Positions 18,021 through 27,603 are shown, counted from the first letter of the stretch. The stretch is 35,469 nt of DNA from an uncultured Pirellulales bacterium (GCA_964467205.1 CAYXPG010000002.1:1-35469), one strand, 5' to 3'. The notes: generated by a model from the sequence alone, not told the origin. A program made the numbers and translations.

Positions 18021-18752
18021 TTACTGTTTTCGTTGTGGTATTGGCAGGCCGAGTTCGGTCAGTACCTTTTTCATATCCTCCCAGAGCCTTCTTCGATTTT
18101 CCTGTGAGTAATTGCGCAAGAGATAAGCGGTATGATATGTAGCCATAAGTTTTATGGACGGTCTGCCGAGGCCGGCATAGTATTGGTGAAATTGACCCCG
18201 CAACTGACCTATTGGTTTGTTGGTGTTTAACAAAGTCCTGGCTGCGTGAGCACCAAGAGCAACAATGACATCGGGATTTATCAGTTCGATTTGTCTCTGG
18301 AGGTATGGCAGACAACTTATTATCTCCTCCGGCCGAGGGTCTCTGTTGTTTGGCGGGCGGCACTTAAGAATATTGCATATAAAGATGTCACTTCGTTTAA
18401 GTCCCATAGCAGCAATAACCTTATCCAGCAGTTGGCCTGCCCTTCCGACAAAAGGCCTGCCCTGGGCGTCTTCGTCGGCACCGGGACCTTCGCCGACAAA
18501 GACAATCTGTGCATTTGGATTTCCCTCGCCTGGCACGGCATTAGTTCGCAGTGAGCCGAGCTGGCATTTACGACATCGGTGAACTTCATCATTGATTTTT
18601 TCAAGTTCAATTTTTATATCATTGGCCGATTGGCTGGCTTCGTTTTTTTTCTGTTTATTTTTCTCGCCGGCGGGCGCGAAACCGCCGGTAAAAAAATCAT
18701 CCATATCAGCGTGCTGTCGAACAACTTTATTTATATCCGGTTCTTTTTCCAT
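18021..18752 (-). CDS. Uracil-DNA glycosylase, family 4
   Basis: CRKCQL, GEGPGADEDAQGRPFVGRAGQLL and NILKCRPPNNRDP are family-4 UDG motifs, including the Fe-S cysteines. Confidence 0.92.
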   Translation of the reverse strand: MEKEPDINKVVRQHADMDDFFTGGFAPAGEKNKQKKNEASQSANDIKIELEKINDEVHRCRKCQLGSLRTNAVPGEGNPNAQIVFVGEGPGADEDAQGRPFVGRAGQLLDKVIAAMGLKRSDIFICNILKCRPPNNRDPRPEEIISCLPYLQRQIELINPDVIVALGAHAARTLLNTNKPIGQLRGQFHQYYAGLGRPSIKLMATYHTAYLLRNYSQENRRRLWEDMKKVLTELGLPIPQRKQ

Positions 18753-18790
18753 CGGGGCAAATTATAACGTGGCATCTAAAAATAGACAAT

Positions 18791-18821
18791 AAAAAAGGGC
18801 GTCCTTTTCTGACAGACGCCC
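18791..18821 (-). terminator. Rho-independent terminator of gdhA
   Basis: On the minus strand, gggcgtc-tgtcagaaaag-gacgccc is followed by TTTTTT. It starts 25 nt after the gdhA stop. Confidence 0.75.
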
Positions 18822-18845
18822 TGATTGGAATTTTCGGTTTGTTTT

Positions 18846-20189
<1,344 letters not shown>

Positions 20190-20370
20190 TTAAGTAACCT
20201 CCATTAATAATTAACAAATTTATCCGTCCGCCTAACAAAAAATACGTTAAACTGCACAAAGAAATAATAAAATTACCTTGAAAATAACACAAAAACCCAT
20301 ATTATATTGAGTTAACTGGAATTGGCAAGAGAATTAAATAAGAAAATATTCTATATTAGAGAAGCTTATA

Positions 20371-21255
20371 ATGCATATAGAAATTCTAAAGATGTTCTGT
20401 GATTTATGTGAGCTGCGAAGTTTCTCAAAGACGGCAGAAAAGAATCTTTTGAGCCAATCGGCGATTTCACAACAGCTTGCGCAACTGGAACTTATCCATA
20501 AGTGCCAGCTAATCGAGCGGAAGAAAAGACCCATTGAACTTACTAAAGAAGGCCGGCTGCTTTACAATGCCTCCAAGGATATGCTCGATAGATACGAGCA
20601 GCTAAAAAGTGAACTCAATAGTGTCAAGAACTCAGATAACAACAGAATTAATTTGGCAGCGGTCTTCAGTATCGGGATGCACAGTCTGTCGAATTATATC
20701 AAGAAGTTTATGACGAGGTATCCGGATGTTAATGTCCATATAGAATATTTCACAGCTAATAAGGTTTATGAACTGGTTTTGTCAGGGCAGGTTGATATTG
20801 GTCTGATTGCGGTGCCGAAAAGAGATAAAAGACTTGAAGTTTATGACTTTGAAGAAGAGCCGCTGGTTTTTGTCTGCAGCCCTAAGCATCCATTGGCGGG
20901 TGAATCGGAGATTGATATTCATAAAGTTCAGTTTGAAAGATACATTGGCTTTGATGAAATTGCTCCAACACATAAGTGGATAAATAATATATTTGAGCGT
21001 TATAATCTTAACATCCACCCCGTGATGGAGTTTGATAATATCGAAACCATCAAGCGAGCAGTTGAGATGAACATAGGGGTGAGTATATTGCCGACGACGA
21101 CGATAATTCAGGAAGTTACGAGCGGCTCAATCAAGGCCATAAAATTTTCGAATGAGAATTTTATCAGGCCGACCGGAACGATTGTACGCAAAGGCAGGCC
21201 TCTGAGCGAGGGCTGTCAGTACCTTATCGAACTGCTTCGAAGAAGAGGTCAATGA
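20371..21255 (+). CDS. LysR-family transcriptional regulator
   Basis: N-terminal wHTH FSKTAEKNLLSQSAISQQLAQLE followed by a ~200-aa substrate-binding domain. Divergent from gdhA. Confidence 0.9.
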   Translation: MHIEILKMFCDLCELRSFSKTAEKNLLSQSAISQQLAQLELIHKCQLIERKKRPIELTKEGRLLYNASKDMLDRYEQLKSELNSVKNSDNNRINLAAVFSIGMHSLSNYIKKFMTRYPDVNVHIEYFTANKVYELVLSGQVDIGLIAVPKRDKRLEVYDFEEEPLVFVCSPKHPLAGESEIDIHKVQFERYIGFDEIAPTHKWINNIFERYNLNIHPVMEFDNIETIKRAVEMNIGVSILPTTTIIQEVTSGSIKAIKFSNENFIRPTGTIVRKGRPLSEGCQYLIELLRRRGQ

Positions 21256-21358
21256 AACACAGCACCGCATTAGAGAAAAAATGTTGTGGTTAGCAGTTTT
21301 AAAAAACGGCCTGCCGGTCAAAGGATAAAATACTAAATGCAGTTCATAAAGTGCTCCA

Positions 21359-21961
21359 ATGTCAATAAAAGCAGTGATATTTGATTTGGACGGGACAATA
21401 ACCCAGCCTTACTTTGATTTTGATGCTATTCGTGAAGAGATAGGCTTGCCGAGGGATTCCGGGCCTGTTCTTGAGTCGATGGGGAAGATGTCGCCTCGAC
21501 AGCGAAGATTCGCTGAAGAAATACTGCGTTTGCATGAGATGCGGGCGGTAACAGAATCACGGCTTAATGCCGGTGCCAAGGAGACATTGGAGTCGCTGCG
21601 GGCGGCGGGTATTCGTATAGGGGTATTAACGCGTAACAAGCGAAGTAATGCCTTAGCTATCGCCGGCAAGCATAACCTGAAGTTCGACGCTGTCATCGGC
21701 AGAGAAGAAGGTCCGGTCAAGCCGGACTGTTTTGGTGCACTGCGAATATGTCTGCAATTCGGTGTAAAGCCGGAAGAGACCCTTATGGTTGGTGATTATC
21801 TTTTTGACCTGGTCTGCGCAAAAACGGCAGGTGCTGTAGCGGTACTGCTGGCCAACAGCGAACGGGCCGATGAATTTGCCAGACATGCGGATTTTGTAAT
21901 TGAAAACATCGAGCAGATACTTCAAATTATTGAAAAGACAGATGAGAAGAATCAGAAGTAA
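21359..21961 (+). CDS. HAD-superfamily hydrolase (phosphatase, subfamily IA-like)
   Basis: Motif I VIFDLDGTIT, motif II GVLTRN and motif IV VGDYLFD. Confidence 0.85.
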   Translation: MSIKAVIFDLDGTITQPYFDFDAIREEIGLPRDSGPVLESMGKMSPRQRRFAEEILRLHEMRAVTESRLNAGAKETLESLRAAGIRIGVLTRNKRSNALAIAGKHNLKFDAVIGREEGPVKPDCFGALRICLQFGVKPEETLMVGDYLFDLVCAKTAGAVAVLLANSERADEFARHADFVIENIEQILQIIEKTDEKNQK

Positions 21962-21988
21962 TTAAAAAAGTACGAAAAAGATTAAACG

Positions 21989-22810
21989 ATGAGAACAAAA
22001 GCAACTGCTAAGGCTGTTCTTATTCTGTTATTAATGGCTGGTTCCTGCCTGGGCGGCGGATGTGTCGAAACCCTGGCCGCACAACAGAAGAAATCCGCAG
22101 GATGCCTTACGGCAGAACTAAAGCCAAACCGAGTTGAGGGCATCCTAAAAAAACTGAATGCAAAAACCAAAGAGCTTAAAACCTACCAGGCCGGAATTGA
22201 ATACCTGTTCAGCCAGCCGGATTTCGACTCGAATACTCTGAGGACGGGTGTTTTGTATTATGAAAAGTCCGGTGGAAAATCGAATTTGAGAATAAATTTT
22301 CAAACGCTTAAACAGGACGATGAAAAGGTACAAAAATACGCAGAGCATTTTATTTTCGACGGTGTATGGCTTACCGTGCTTGACTACCAAATCAAGACGC
22401 ATAAGCGTTATCAACAGGCTGAGCCGAATAAGCCGGTGGACGCTTTCGATTTGGTCAGTAAGAATCTGCCGATTGTCGGCTTTACCAAGATAGAAAATTT
22501 GAAAAAGCAGTTTGAAATTAAGCTCATTGAGCGTCAAAAAAGCGGGTCGGGAAATTTTGTTCGGCTGTATTTGAAAGTCAAACATGATTCGATTTATAAA
22601 GATGATTATAGTGCAATCGAGTTCTGGATTGATAAGAAGTTGTATTTTCCTGCAAAGATAATCGCCACATCTACTGGGGGTGATATTTATGAAATTACAT
22701 TCATAAAGCCGAAGATTAATAAGAGAATAGCTCAAAAAGTCTTTGCGATTAAGGTCCCGAAAGACTTTGATGAGCCTGAGATATTTGAGCTGAAGAAAAA
22801 AACCAAATAA
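21989..22810 (+). CDS. Lipoprotein, LolA-like / outer-membrane lipoprotein-sorting fold (tentative)
   Basis: Signal peptide with a lipobox-like LLMAGSC. The Lys-rich beta-rich body resembles LolA-like sorting proteins, but the family call is by pattern only. Confidence 0.6.
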   Translation: MRTKATAKAVLILLLMAGSCLGGGCVETLAAQQKKSAGCLTAELKPNRVEGILKKLNAKTKELKTYQAGIEYLFSQPDFDSNTLRTGVLYYEKSGGKSNLRINFQTLKQDDEKVQKYAEHFIFDGVWLTVLDYQIKTHKRYQQAEPNKPVDAFDLVSKNLPIVGFTKIENLKKQFEIKLIERQKSGSGNFVRLYLKVKHDSIYKDDYSAIEFWIDKKLYFPAKIIATSTGGDIYEITFIKPKINKRIAQKVFAIKVPKDFDEPEIFELKKKTK

Positions 22811-22820
22811 CATTAGGCAA

Positions 22821-23078
22821 ATGGCAGGTGAAAGACAACGACAAGCTACTCGGCGCATAGAAGAGATATTGCGTAAACGTGGTTGCGAACTCGCAGATCA
22901 AGTTGCGCCTGTAACGGACGTTATGGAACTTATGCGGGATATTTGTGAAAAGATTGTAAACTATGAATTGGCAGATGAATTTTGTGAGGAAGGTCTGAAA
23001 CCAGATAATGAGCCAAACGAGTACGGGCTTGAAATAGAAGATTTGATAGATGCTTGTGGTCTTGCTCGGAATGATTAG
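22821..23078 (+). CDS. Small acidic hypothetical protein (85 aa)
   Basis: The ORF starts 10 nt after the preceding stop and is very acidic (ELADEFCEEGLKPDNEPNEYGLEIEDLIDA). No family recognised. Confidence 0.5.
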   Translation: MAGERQRQATRRIEEILRKRGCELADQVAPVTDVMELMRDICEKIVNYELADEFCEEGLKPDNEPNEYGLEIEDLIDACGLARND

Positions 23079-23135
23079 AATAGGCAGCCTTGTAGCAGTA
23101 ACGCAAAAACGCGGGAGAGATAGAAAGGATTAAAG

Positions 23136-23612
23136 ATGGCTAAGGGGATTGTTATCTATTATTCGAGAAGCGGTAATACGAAAGAGATGGCGGAGTTAAT
23201 AGCGGCGGCGATGAACGAGGGGGGTTTGAAAACTGACTGCAAATCTGTCGAAAAGGTAAAGGCCAACGATCTGCTGGCCTATGATGCGATAGTAGTTGGT
23301 TCGCCGACGTATTACGGTAGTATGGCTGCGCCAATAAAGCAGTTATTCGACGATACGGTAGGCTTTCACGGCAAACTCAGCGGCAAAGTAGGAGGGGCAT
23401 TCAGCAGCGCAGCTAATATCGGCGGCGGAAATGAAACCACGATTATGGGCATAATAGAAGCGATGCTCATCGCCGGTATGATAGTTGAAGGCGACTCGCA
23501 GGGCGACCATTACGGACCGGTCTCCATCGGTAAACCCGACGAAAGAGTTCAGCAGCAGTGCGCCAACAGAGGGGGAAGAATCGCAAAGCTGACCCGAAAA
23601 CTTACGTCCTGA
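23136..23612 (+). CDS. Flavodoxin-like fold protein (FMN-binding)
   Basis: IVIYYSRSGNTKEMAE (FMN phosphate loop) and VVGSPTYYGSMAAPIKQLFD. 158 aa. Confidence 0.85.
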   Translation: MAKGIVIYYSRSGNTKEMAELIAAAMNEGGLKTDCKSVEKVKANDLLAYDAIVVGSPTYYGSMAAPIKQLFDDTVGFHGKLSGKVGGAFSSAANIGGGNETTIMGIIEAMLIAGMIVEGDSQGDHYGPVSIGKPDERVQQQCANRGGRIAKLTRKLTS

Positions 23613-23785
23613 CGGGCAAAAAATTTTAAAATATATCCTTAAGGGCAGTAAATGTCTGCGAATAAAACCGTAACTGGTTGTTTTTAAGCTACTTACCCGC
23701 GGACACCTAAGGCACAAGCAAACGGGAAAATTTAATTGAGATCAGTATTAATATTGCTTTTTTATTGTAAAAATGGCATTTTTCT

Positions 23786-23814
23786 TTGACAAAACCATTG
23801 TGGCAGGTTAGTTT
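23786..23814 (+). promoter_or_regulatory. Sigma-70-like promoter, TTGACA-N17-TAGTTT
   Basis: Perfect -35 at 23786-23791 and TAGTTT at 23809-23814, 40 nt upstream of the 23854 start. Confidence 0.5.
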
Positions 23815-23853
23815 TCTATGGAATTTTTAACCTATGTAATGGAGGTTAATTTA

Positions 23854-24027
23854 ATGCAGCAGTATGAAGACCTTAAAGTATTGGTAGCTGAAATTGAAGC
23901 TGATGTCAACAAGGCTGAGGGCGGAAACAAGGCAGCAGGGACGCGAGTTCGCAAGCAAATGCAGAGAATTAAGCAAGCTGCCCAGGCGGTCCGCAGCGCC
24001 ATTCTTGAGATCAGGTCAGCCCAATAA
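23854..24027 (+). CDS. Histone H1-like (Hc1-family) small basic nucleoid protein
   Basis: 57 aa. GNKAAGTRVRKQMQRIKQAAQAVR matches the conserved core of bacterial histone H1/Hc1-like proteins. The ATG at 23854 has a ggagg RBS 8 nt upstream; the ORF-track start at 23818 is less likely. Confidence 0.72.
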   Translation: MQQYEDLKVLVAEIEADVNKAEGGNKAAGTRVRKQMQRIKQAAQAVRSAILEIRSAQ

Positions 24028-24161
24028 AATATCGCAAGTACTTGTTAGCGATGTAGTTAGTGCGTATTTCGGCTTGTTTCCGGCGGTATAGCCAGCCTAC
24101 CTGGGGCAGGTAGGTGTCGGCGTTTCGAGTGCGCAGATACTTTTTATGTAAAGGTGAGTAG

Positions 24162-24638
24162 ATGCCGCCACCGTTATTGTTTGATTTATCCCAAATCGAC
24201 CTGCATAGAGAACCTGTATTCGACAGGGAAACGATTTGCAGCGTAAATCCCCAGCGTTTCGAGATGCAGCATCTCGACGGCATTCTCTGGTATGACAAGG
24301 GAAAATTTTTAATTCTGGGCTATAAGGACGTTACGGAGAAGGAATTCTGGATTCGTGGGCACATTCCGGAAAGGCCTTTAATGCCTGCTGTAATAATGAT
24401 TGAAGCAGCGGCCCAATTGTCGAGCTTTTTTGTAAAGAAGATTTGTGGTTTGGAGGGTTTTATCGGCTTTGCCGGTATAGAGTCGGCGAAATTCCGTTCT
24501 GTTGTTGAGCCGGGCCAAAGGTTATATCTGCTCTGCCATATCACAAAGTTCAGTAGAAGGAAATATACCTGCAGTACTCAGGGGGTTGTTGACGGCACTT
24601 TGGTTTTTGAAGCGGTCGTATCCGGCCTGAGCATTTAA
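24162..24638 (+). CDS. FabZ/FabA-like 3-hydroxyacyl-ACP dehydratase (hotdog fold)
   Basis: GHIPERPLMPAVIMIEAAAQ matches the FabZ active-site signature H-x-P-x-x-P-x-M-P-G-V-x-x-x-E-A-x-A-Q. RBS aaggtgag. Confidence 0.8.
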   Translation: MPPPLLFDLSQIDLHREPVFDRETICSVNPQRFEMQHLDGILWYDKGKFLILGYKDVTEKEFWIRGHIPERPLMPAVIMIEAAAQLSSFFVKKICGLEGFIGFAGIESAKFRSVVEPGQRLYLLCHITKFSRRKYTCSTQGVVDGTLVFEAVVSGLSI

Positions 24639-24816
24639 GATACCAATCATAATAATTAAGTACGCTCAGGAATAATGAACCGTGGCATCGTGGGGGGATT
24701 ACCCCTCCCTCACGGTCGGGGCTCTGCCTGGTAGAGCGCATATACTTTTTATGAACCGTGTAATCTGTTATTTGTGTTCGGTGTGCAAAGCGAAAATGAG
24801 GACAGGGTTATTTCGA

Positions 24817-24831
24817 AATAGCCCCAAGGGG
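24817..24831 (-). repeat. 15-nt copy of the 3' end of tRNA-Glu (plus 2 flanking nt)
   Basis: aatagccccaagggg at 24817-24831 is identical to 25044-25058. With the next bases (g/a)ttc the match is 18/19. Confidence 0.9.
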
Positions 24832-24836
24832 GTTCC

Positions 24837-25025
24837 GCCAAGCTATGCTTGGCTATAACCCAAATCTGCTTCGCAGATTTCCATAAGGGCGCTGCCCCTC
24901 TGGCGTCACTCGCTATCGCTCGTTCCTGTCACCCCGACGACGTGGAAAAATCCTTTTTCCACACCTTTTGAGGGTTCGAATCCAGCCACAGTAAATTCGG
25001 CGAATTTTTCAGCCCGGTGTGGTTT
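24837..25025. other. Gene-free segment with five perfect inverted repeats, each with a 3-nt spacer (candidate structured RNA or protein-binding array)
   Basis: gccaagc-tat-gcttggc (24837-53); aaatctgc-ttc-gcagattt (24862-80); gggc-gct-gccc (24887-97); gtggaaaaa-tcc-tttttccac (24942-62); aaattc-ggc-gaattt (24993-25007). A possible enclosing ccaca/tgtgg pair lies at 24985-89 and 25017-21. Confidence 0.5.
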
Positions 25026-25045
25026 GTACGTGTTCTGTAAATGAA

Positions 25046-25120
25046 TAGCCCCAAGGGGATTCGAACCCCTGTTGCCGGGTTGAAAACCCGGTGTCCTGGA
25101 CCTACCTAGACGATGGGGCC
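25046..25120 (-). tRNA. tRNA-Glu (anticodon UUC)
   Basis: The minus strand reads GGCCCCA TC GTCT..AGGAC A CCGGG TTTTCAA CCCGG CAAC AGGGG TTCGAAT CCCCT TGGGGCT A. This is a full cloverleaf of 75 nt with no encoded CCA. Confidence 0.93.
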
Positions 25121-25239
25121 ATAAGAGCTAAAAACTCAAAACTAAAGACTTAAAACTTGTGAGATATGATAGCAATGTTGCTGCATTGCGGCAACAGATT
25201 CCTCAGTTTTTACTTTTTGCTTTAACTTTTAAGTTTCTT

Positions 25240-25413
25240 TTATTCCATACTGATTGCTTCGGTGGGACAGGCATCGACACAGACCCCGCAGTCAACGCAG
25301 GAATCAGCATCAATGCAGGCCTTTTTCTCAACCATACTTATGGCTTCGCTCGGACATTCTTCGATACAGGTTTCGCAACCAGTACATTTTTCCTTGTCTA
25401 CTTTAGCCGGCAT
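25240..25413 (-). CDS. 2x[4Fe-4S] ferredoxin (57 aa)
   Basis: Hand translation: MPAKVDKEKCTGCETCIEECPSEAISMVEKKACIDADSCVDCGVCVDACPTEAISME, with two CxxCxxCxxxCP motifs. It is missing from the ORF track (<60 aa). The 25159-25455 plus-strand ORF is its antisense shadow. Confidence 0.9.
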   Translation of the reverse strand: MPAKVDKEKCTGCETCIEECPSEAISMVEKKACIDADSCVDCGVCVDACPTEAISME

Positions 25414-25627
25414 TTATACAAACCTTTCACAATAAAAATTAAAACTAACCAGTAAGAGAGGGAATGTTACAAAATTTTTTTATTATTGCAAGACAAATTT
25501 TTTGGGAAATTCGCCTGTTGATGCAAAGCTGTCATTGCCGAATTTCTTTGCACATCTTCCATGGGCTCCAGAAGCAGCACCGCTTCCGGTTCGCTGCCGG
25601 TAAATACGGTCGAAAAGGCCGGTTGAC

Positions 25628-27481
25628 TCAAGGCTTGTCGGATTGCCGGATTTGAAGCTGCACCCTTCTTATTTTGTTGGCCAGTGTCCAGTTTCCCGAA
25701 GCCTCGGCGTAGGCAAGCGCTTTGTGCAGGTGTTCGACGGCCCGGTCGGCTTGTCCGAGATTGAGAAAAGACAATGCCATGTTGTAGTGAGCGCTATCTA
25801 ATTGGGGATTGATTTCGAGGGCTTTCTCGAAATGTTTGACGGCCTCTTCGATTTTTCCCTGTTGGGCCAGCACCGAACCAAGGTTGTTATAAGCTGAAAA
25901 GTATTCTGGATTGATTTCGATAGCTTTTTTGAAATGCTTGATGGCTTCTTTTTGTTTTCCCTGTTGGTTTAAGGTAGTTCCCAGCATATCATGTGCAGCG
26001 TAGTCGTCGGGATTCGAAAGCAGTGCTTCGCTGAGGTGCTCAGCAGCTTTCTCGAATCTGCCCTGTTTGAGACTCTTACTTGCAAGCCAACCGTACATTC
26101 TGGCCCTGCAGTCAATACTTTCGGCTGCGAATGGGCCGGCAATGCTGAACAATAACGCACTGGCGGCTGCTATACCGACCATTGTTGCCGTCCGGCGCCA
26201 CCGCCCCATCTTTATCGTTTCGATTATGGCGAAGAGGCCTGCCGATGCCACCACAGCCAAAACCGGAACTATCGGCACCCGGTAGCGTCCCGTCACGAAC
26301 ACCAGAATAATGGCTGATGGGTAAAGTATCAGAAATAGAAAGATAGGCAAAGGGATGCGACGTCGGTGGTGAATTACGCCAATAATCACCAGCGGCAGCA
26401 GGACTCCGAAAGGAAAGCCGAAGCCGTGTGTTTTCCATACCAGCCCTGAGAGCAGCAGCGAATACCGTCGCGACTCATACACATCGAAAATTCTCTGAAT
26501 TTCCCTCGAACTGACGAACTGTATAGATTTGTGGATAAGCCCCGTAACAAAATGGACCGGCTCAGTTACGACGTATTTGAAGAACCGGCGTCTGAAAAAC
26601 TGCTGAACTTCGTATCTGTCTTTTGCTTCGACTTCCTTTGCCAGCAGGTTGAGGTTTTTCCAGTCATCTCCCGGCCGGATTTTTATTGTCCTGTCTGTAT
26701 CCGGATTGTTACCGATGTAGAAATTAACCGGACCGCTTTCAGGAAACGGGCTTATCCTGCCTGTTGTCTTGAGAGACAGTATCGAGACAGTAACCAGAAT
26801 CAGGAAAAAACCTGCCAGGATATGTCTTTTCCTGACGGCAATCATATCCTCCGGCATCGATGCCCGTCGCAGGGCGAACACCAGCCAGACACAGGCCGCT
26901 ACGCAGAATGGAAGGAAAGTTGCGCGGGTAACAACACTGAGCCCGCCGCATATTCCCAGCGCAAAATATAACCGCGGTCCTTTTTTTTGGGCGGCTTTTA
27001 AGAGAAGGATGAGCAAGGCCACCGACCAGAAAGACGCCCAGCCGGTTGCTACAAGCTCGCTCTCGAAAAAGATGAGCGGCCCGTACAGCGCCGTGATTAC
27101 ACCGGCCAGGATGCCCGTCCGACGGTCGAAGACCATCTGCCCAAGCTGGTAAACGAGCACGCACACAACAGAGCCCAGCAGAATCTGTGTCAGCTTTGTG
27201 AAAATGATAGAAGAGCCGCTGAAAAAGTAAACCACGGAAAGAAAGAAAGGATAGAAGAATGACTGCAGGAAGAAGTCTTTCTGCATTAGCCCGCCCTGAG
27301 CGAGCGAATGTGCAAGACGGTCGTATAAACCTGAATCGCTAATTGGTATAAGAAAAGTAAGACTCTTTGAAATCTCGTGGAAATAGACAAGGCGAACCGC
27401 CAGTGCCAGGGTGAAGATACCGACACCAAGCCATAATCCTTTGTTGTTTGGTTGATTGCTTTTATCTAATGTTGCTGTCAT
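25628..27481 (-). CDS. Polytopic membrane glycosyltransferase (GT39/ArnT-PMT-like) with C-terminal TPR repeats
   Basis: About 430 aa with many TM helices, typical of GT-C enzymes. At least four 34-aa TPR units follow (..AIKHFKKAIEINPEYFSAYNNLGSVL.., ..AVKHFEKALEINPQLDSAHYNMALSF..). Confidence 0.82.
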   Translation of the reverse strand: MTATLDKSNQPNNKGLWLGVGIFTLALAVRLVYFHEISKSLTFLIPISDSGLYDRLAHSLAQGGLMQKDFFLQSFFYPFFLSVVYFFSGSSIIFTKLTQILLGSVVCVLVYQLGQMVFDRRTGILAGVITALYGPLIFFESELVATGWASFWSVALLILLLKAAQKKGPRLYFALGICGGLSVVTRATFLPFCVAACVWLVFALRRASMPEDMIAVRKRHILAGFFLILVTVSILSLKTTGRISPFPESGPVNFYIGNNPDTDRTIKIRPGDDWKNLNLLAKEVEAKDRYEVQQFFRRRFFKYVVTEPVHFVTGLIHKSIQFVSSREIQRIFDVYESRRYSLLLSGLVWKTHGFGFPFGVLLPLVIIGVIHHRRRIPLPIFLFLILYPSAIILVFVTGRYRVPIVPVLAVVASAGLFAIIETIKMGRWRRTATMVGIAAASALLFSIAGPFAAESIDCRARMYGWLASKSLKQGRFEKAAEHLSEALLSNPDDYAAHDMLGTTLNQQGKQKEAIKHFKKAIEINPEYFSAYNNLGSVLAQQGKIEEAVKHFEKALEINPQLDSAHYNMALSFLNLGQADRAVEHLHKALAYAEASGNWTLANKIRRVQLQIRQSDKP

Positions 27482-27603
27482 TGTTAATTCTGCAACAGCT
27501 TATAAACTAATTCAAAGTATTATATTACTTGCCATATATTATCCAAATTCCTGAATAAATCAAGCAATTGCGGATTCGCTGAAGTTTTCGGGCCTCTGCC
27601 GGG

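Noticed and set aside
20190-20370. LysR operator in the gdhA-lysR divergent region (aatat-tct-atatt at 20346-20358; ttaataattaa at 20205-20215)
   Set aside because: These are short AT-rich palindromes in very AT-rich DNA, so they are not distinguishable from chance. Neither fits the canonical T-N11-A spacing convincingly.
22145-22858. 237-aa minus-strand ORF antisense to the LolA-like gene
   Set aside because: It has low-complexity, Leu/Phe/Ile-rich composition with no start context. The plus-strand frame has a signal peptide, a lipobox and a coherent domain. It is treated as a shadow ORF.
20200-23100. Possible horizontally acquired island (the region looks more AT-rich by eye than its flanks)
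   Set aside because: No mobility genes, flanking repeats or tRNA boundary are present, and the gene content is ordinary. Composition was not computed, so no claim is made.
24640-25045. Possible tmRNA, RNase P RNA or SRP RNA gene next to tRNA-Glu
   Set aside because: CTGGATTCGA and GGTTCGAATCC resemble tmRNA or tRNA-like pieces. However, the ends cannot form an acceptor stem, the T-stem does not pair, and no tag ORF ends in Ala-Ala. The conserved RNase P (GAGGAAAGTCC) and SRP (GGAAGCAGCC) cores are absent, and the segment is too short for tmRNA.
25159-25455. 98-aa plus-strand ORF
   Set aside because: It is the antisense shadow of the 57-aa ferredoxin, whose two CxxCxxCxxxCP motifs are unambiguous on the minus strand.
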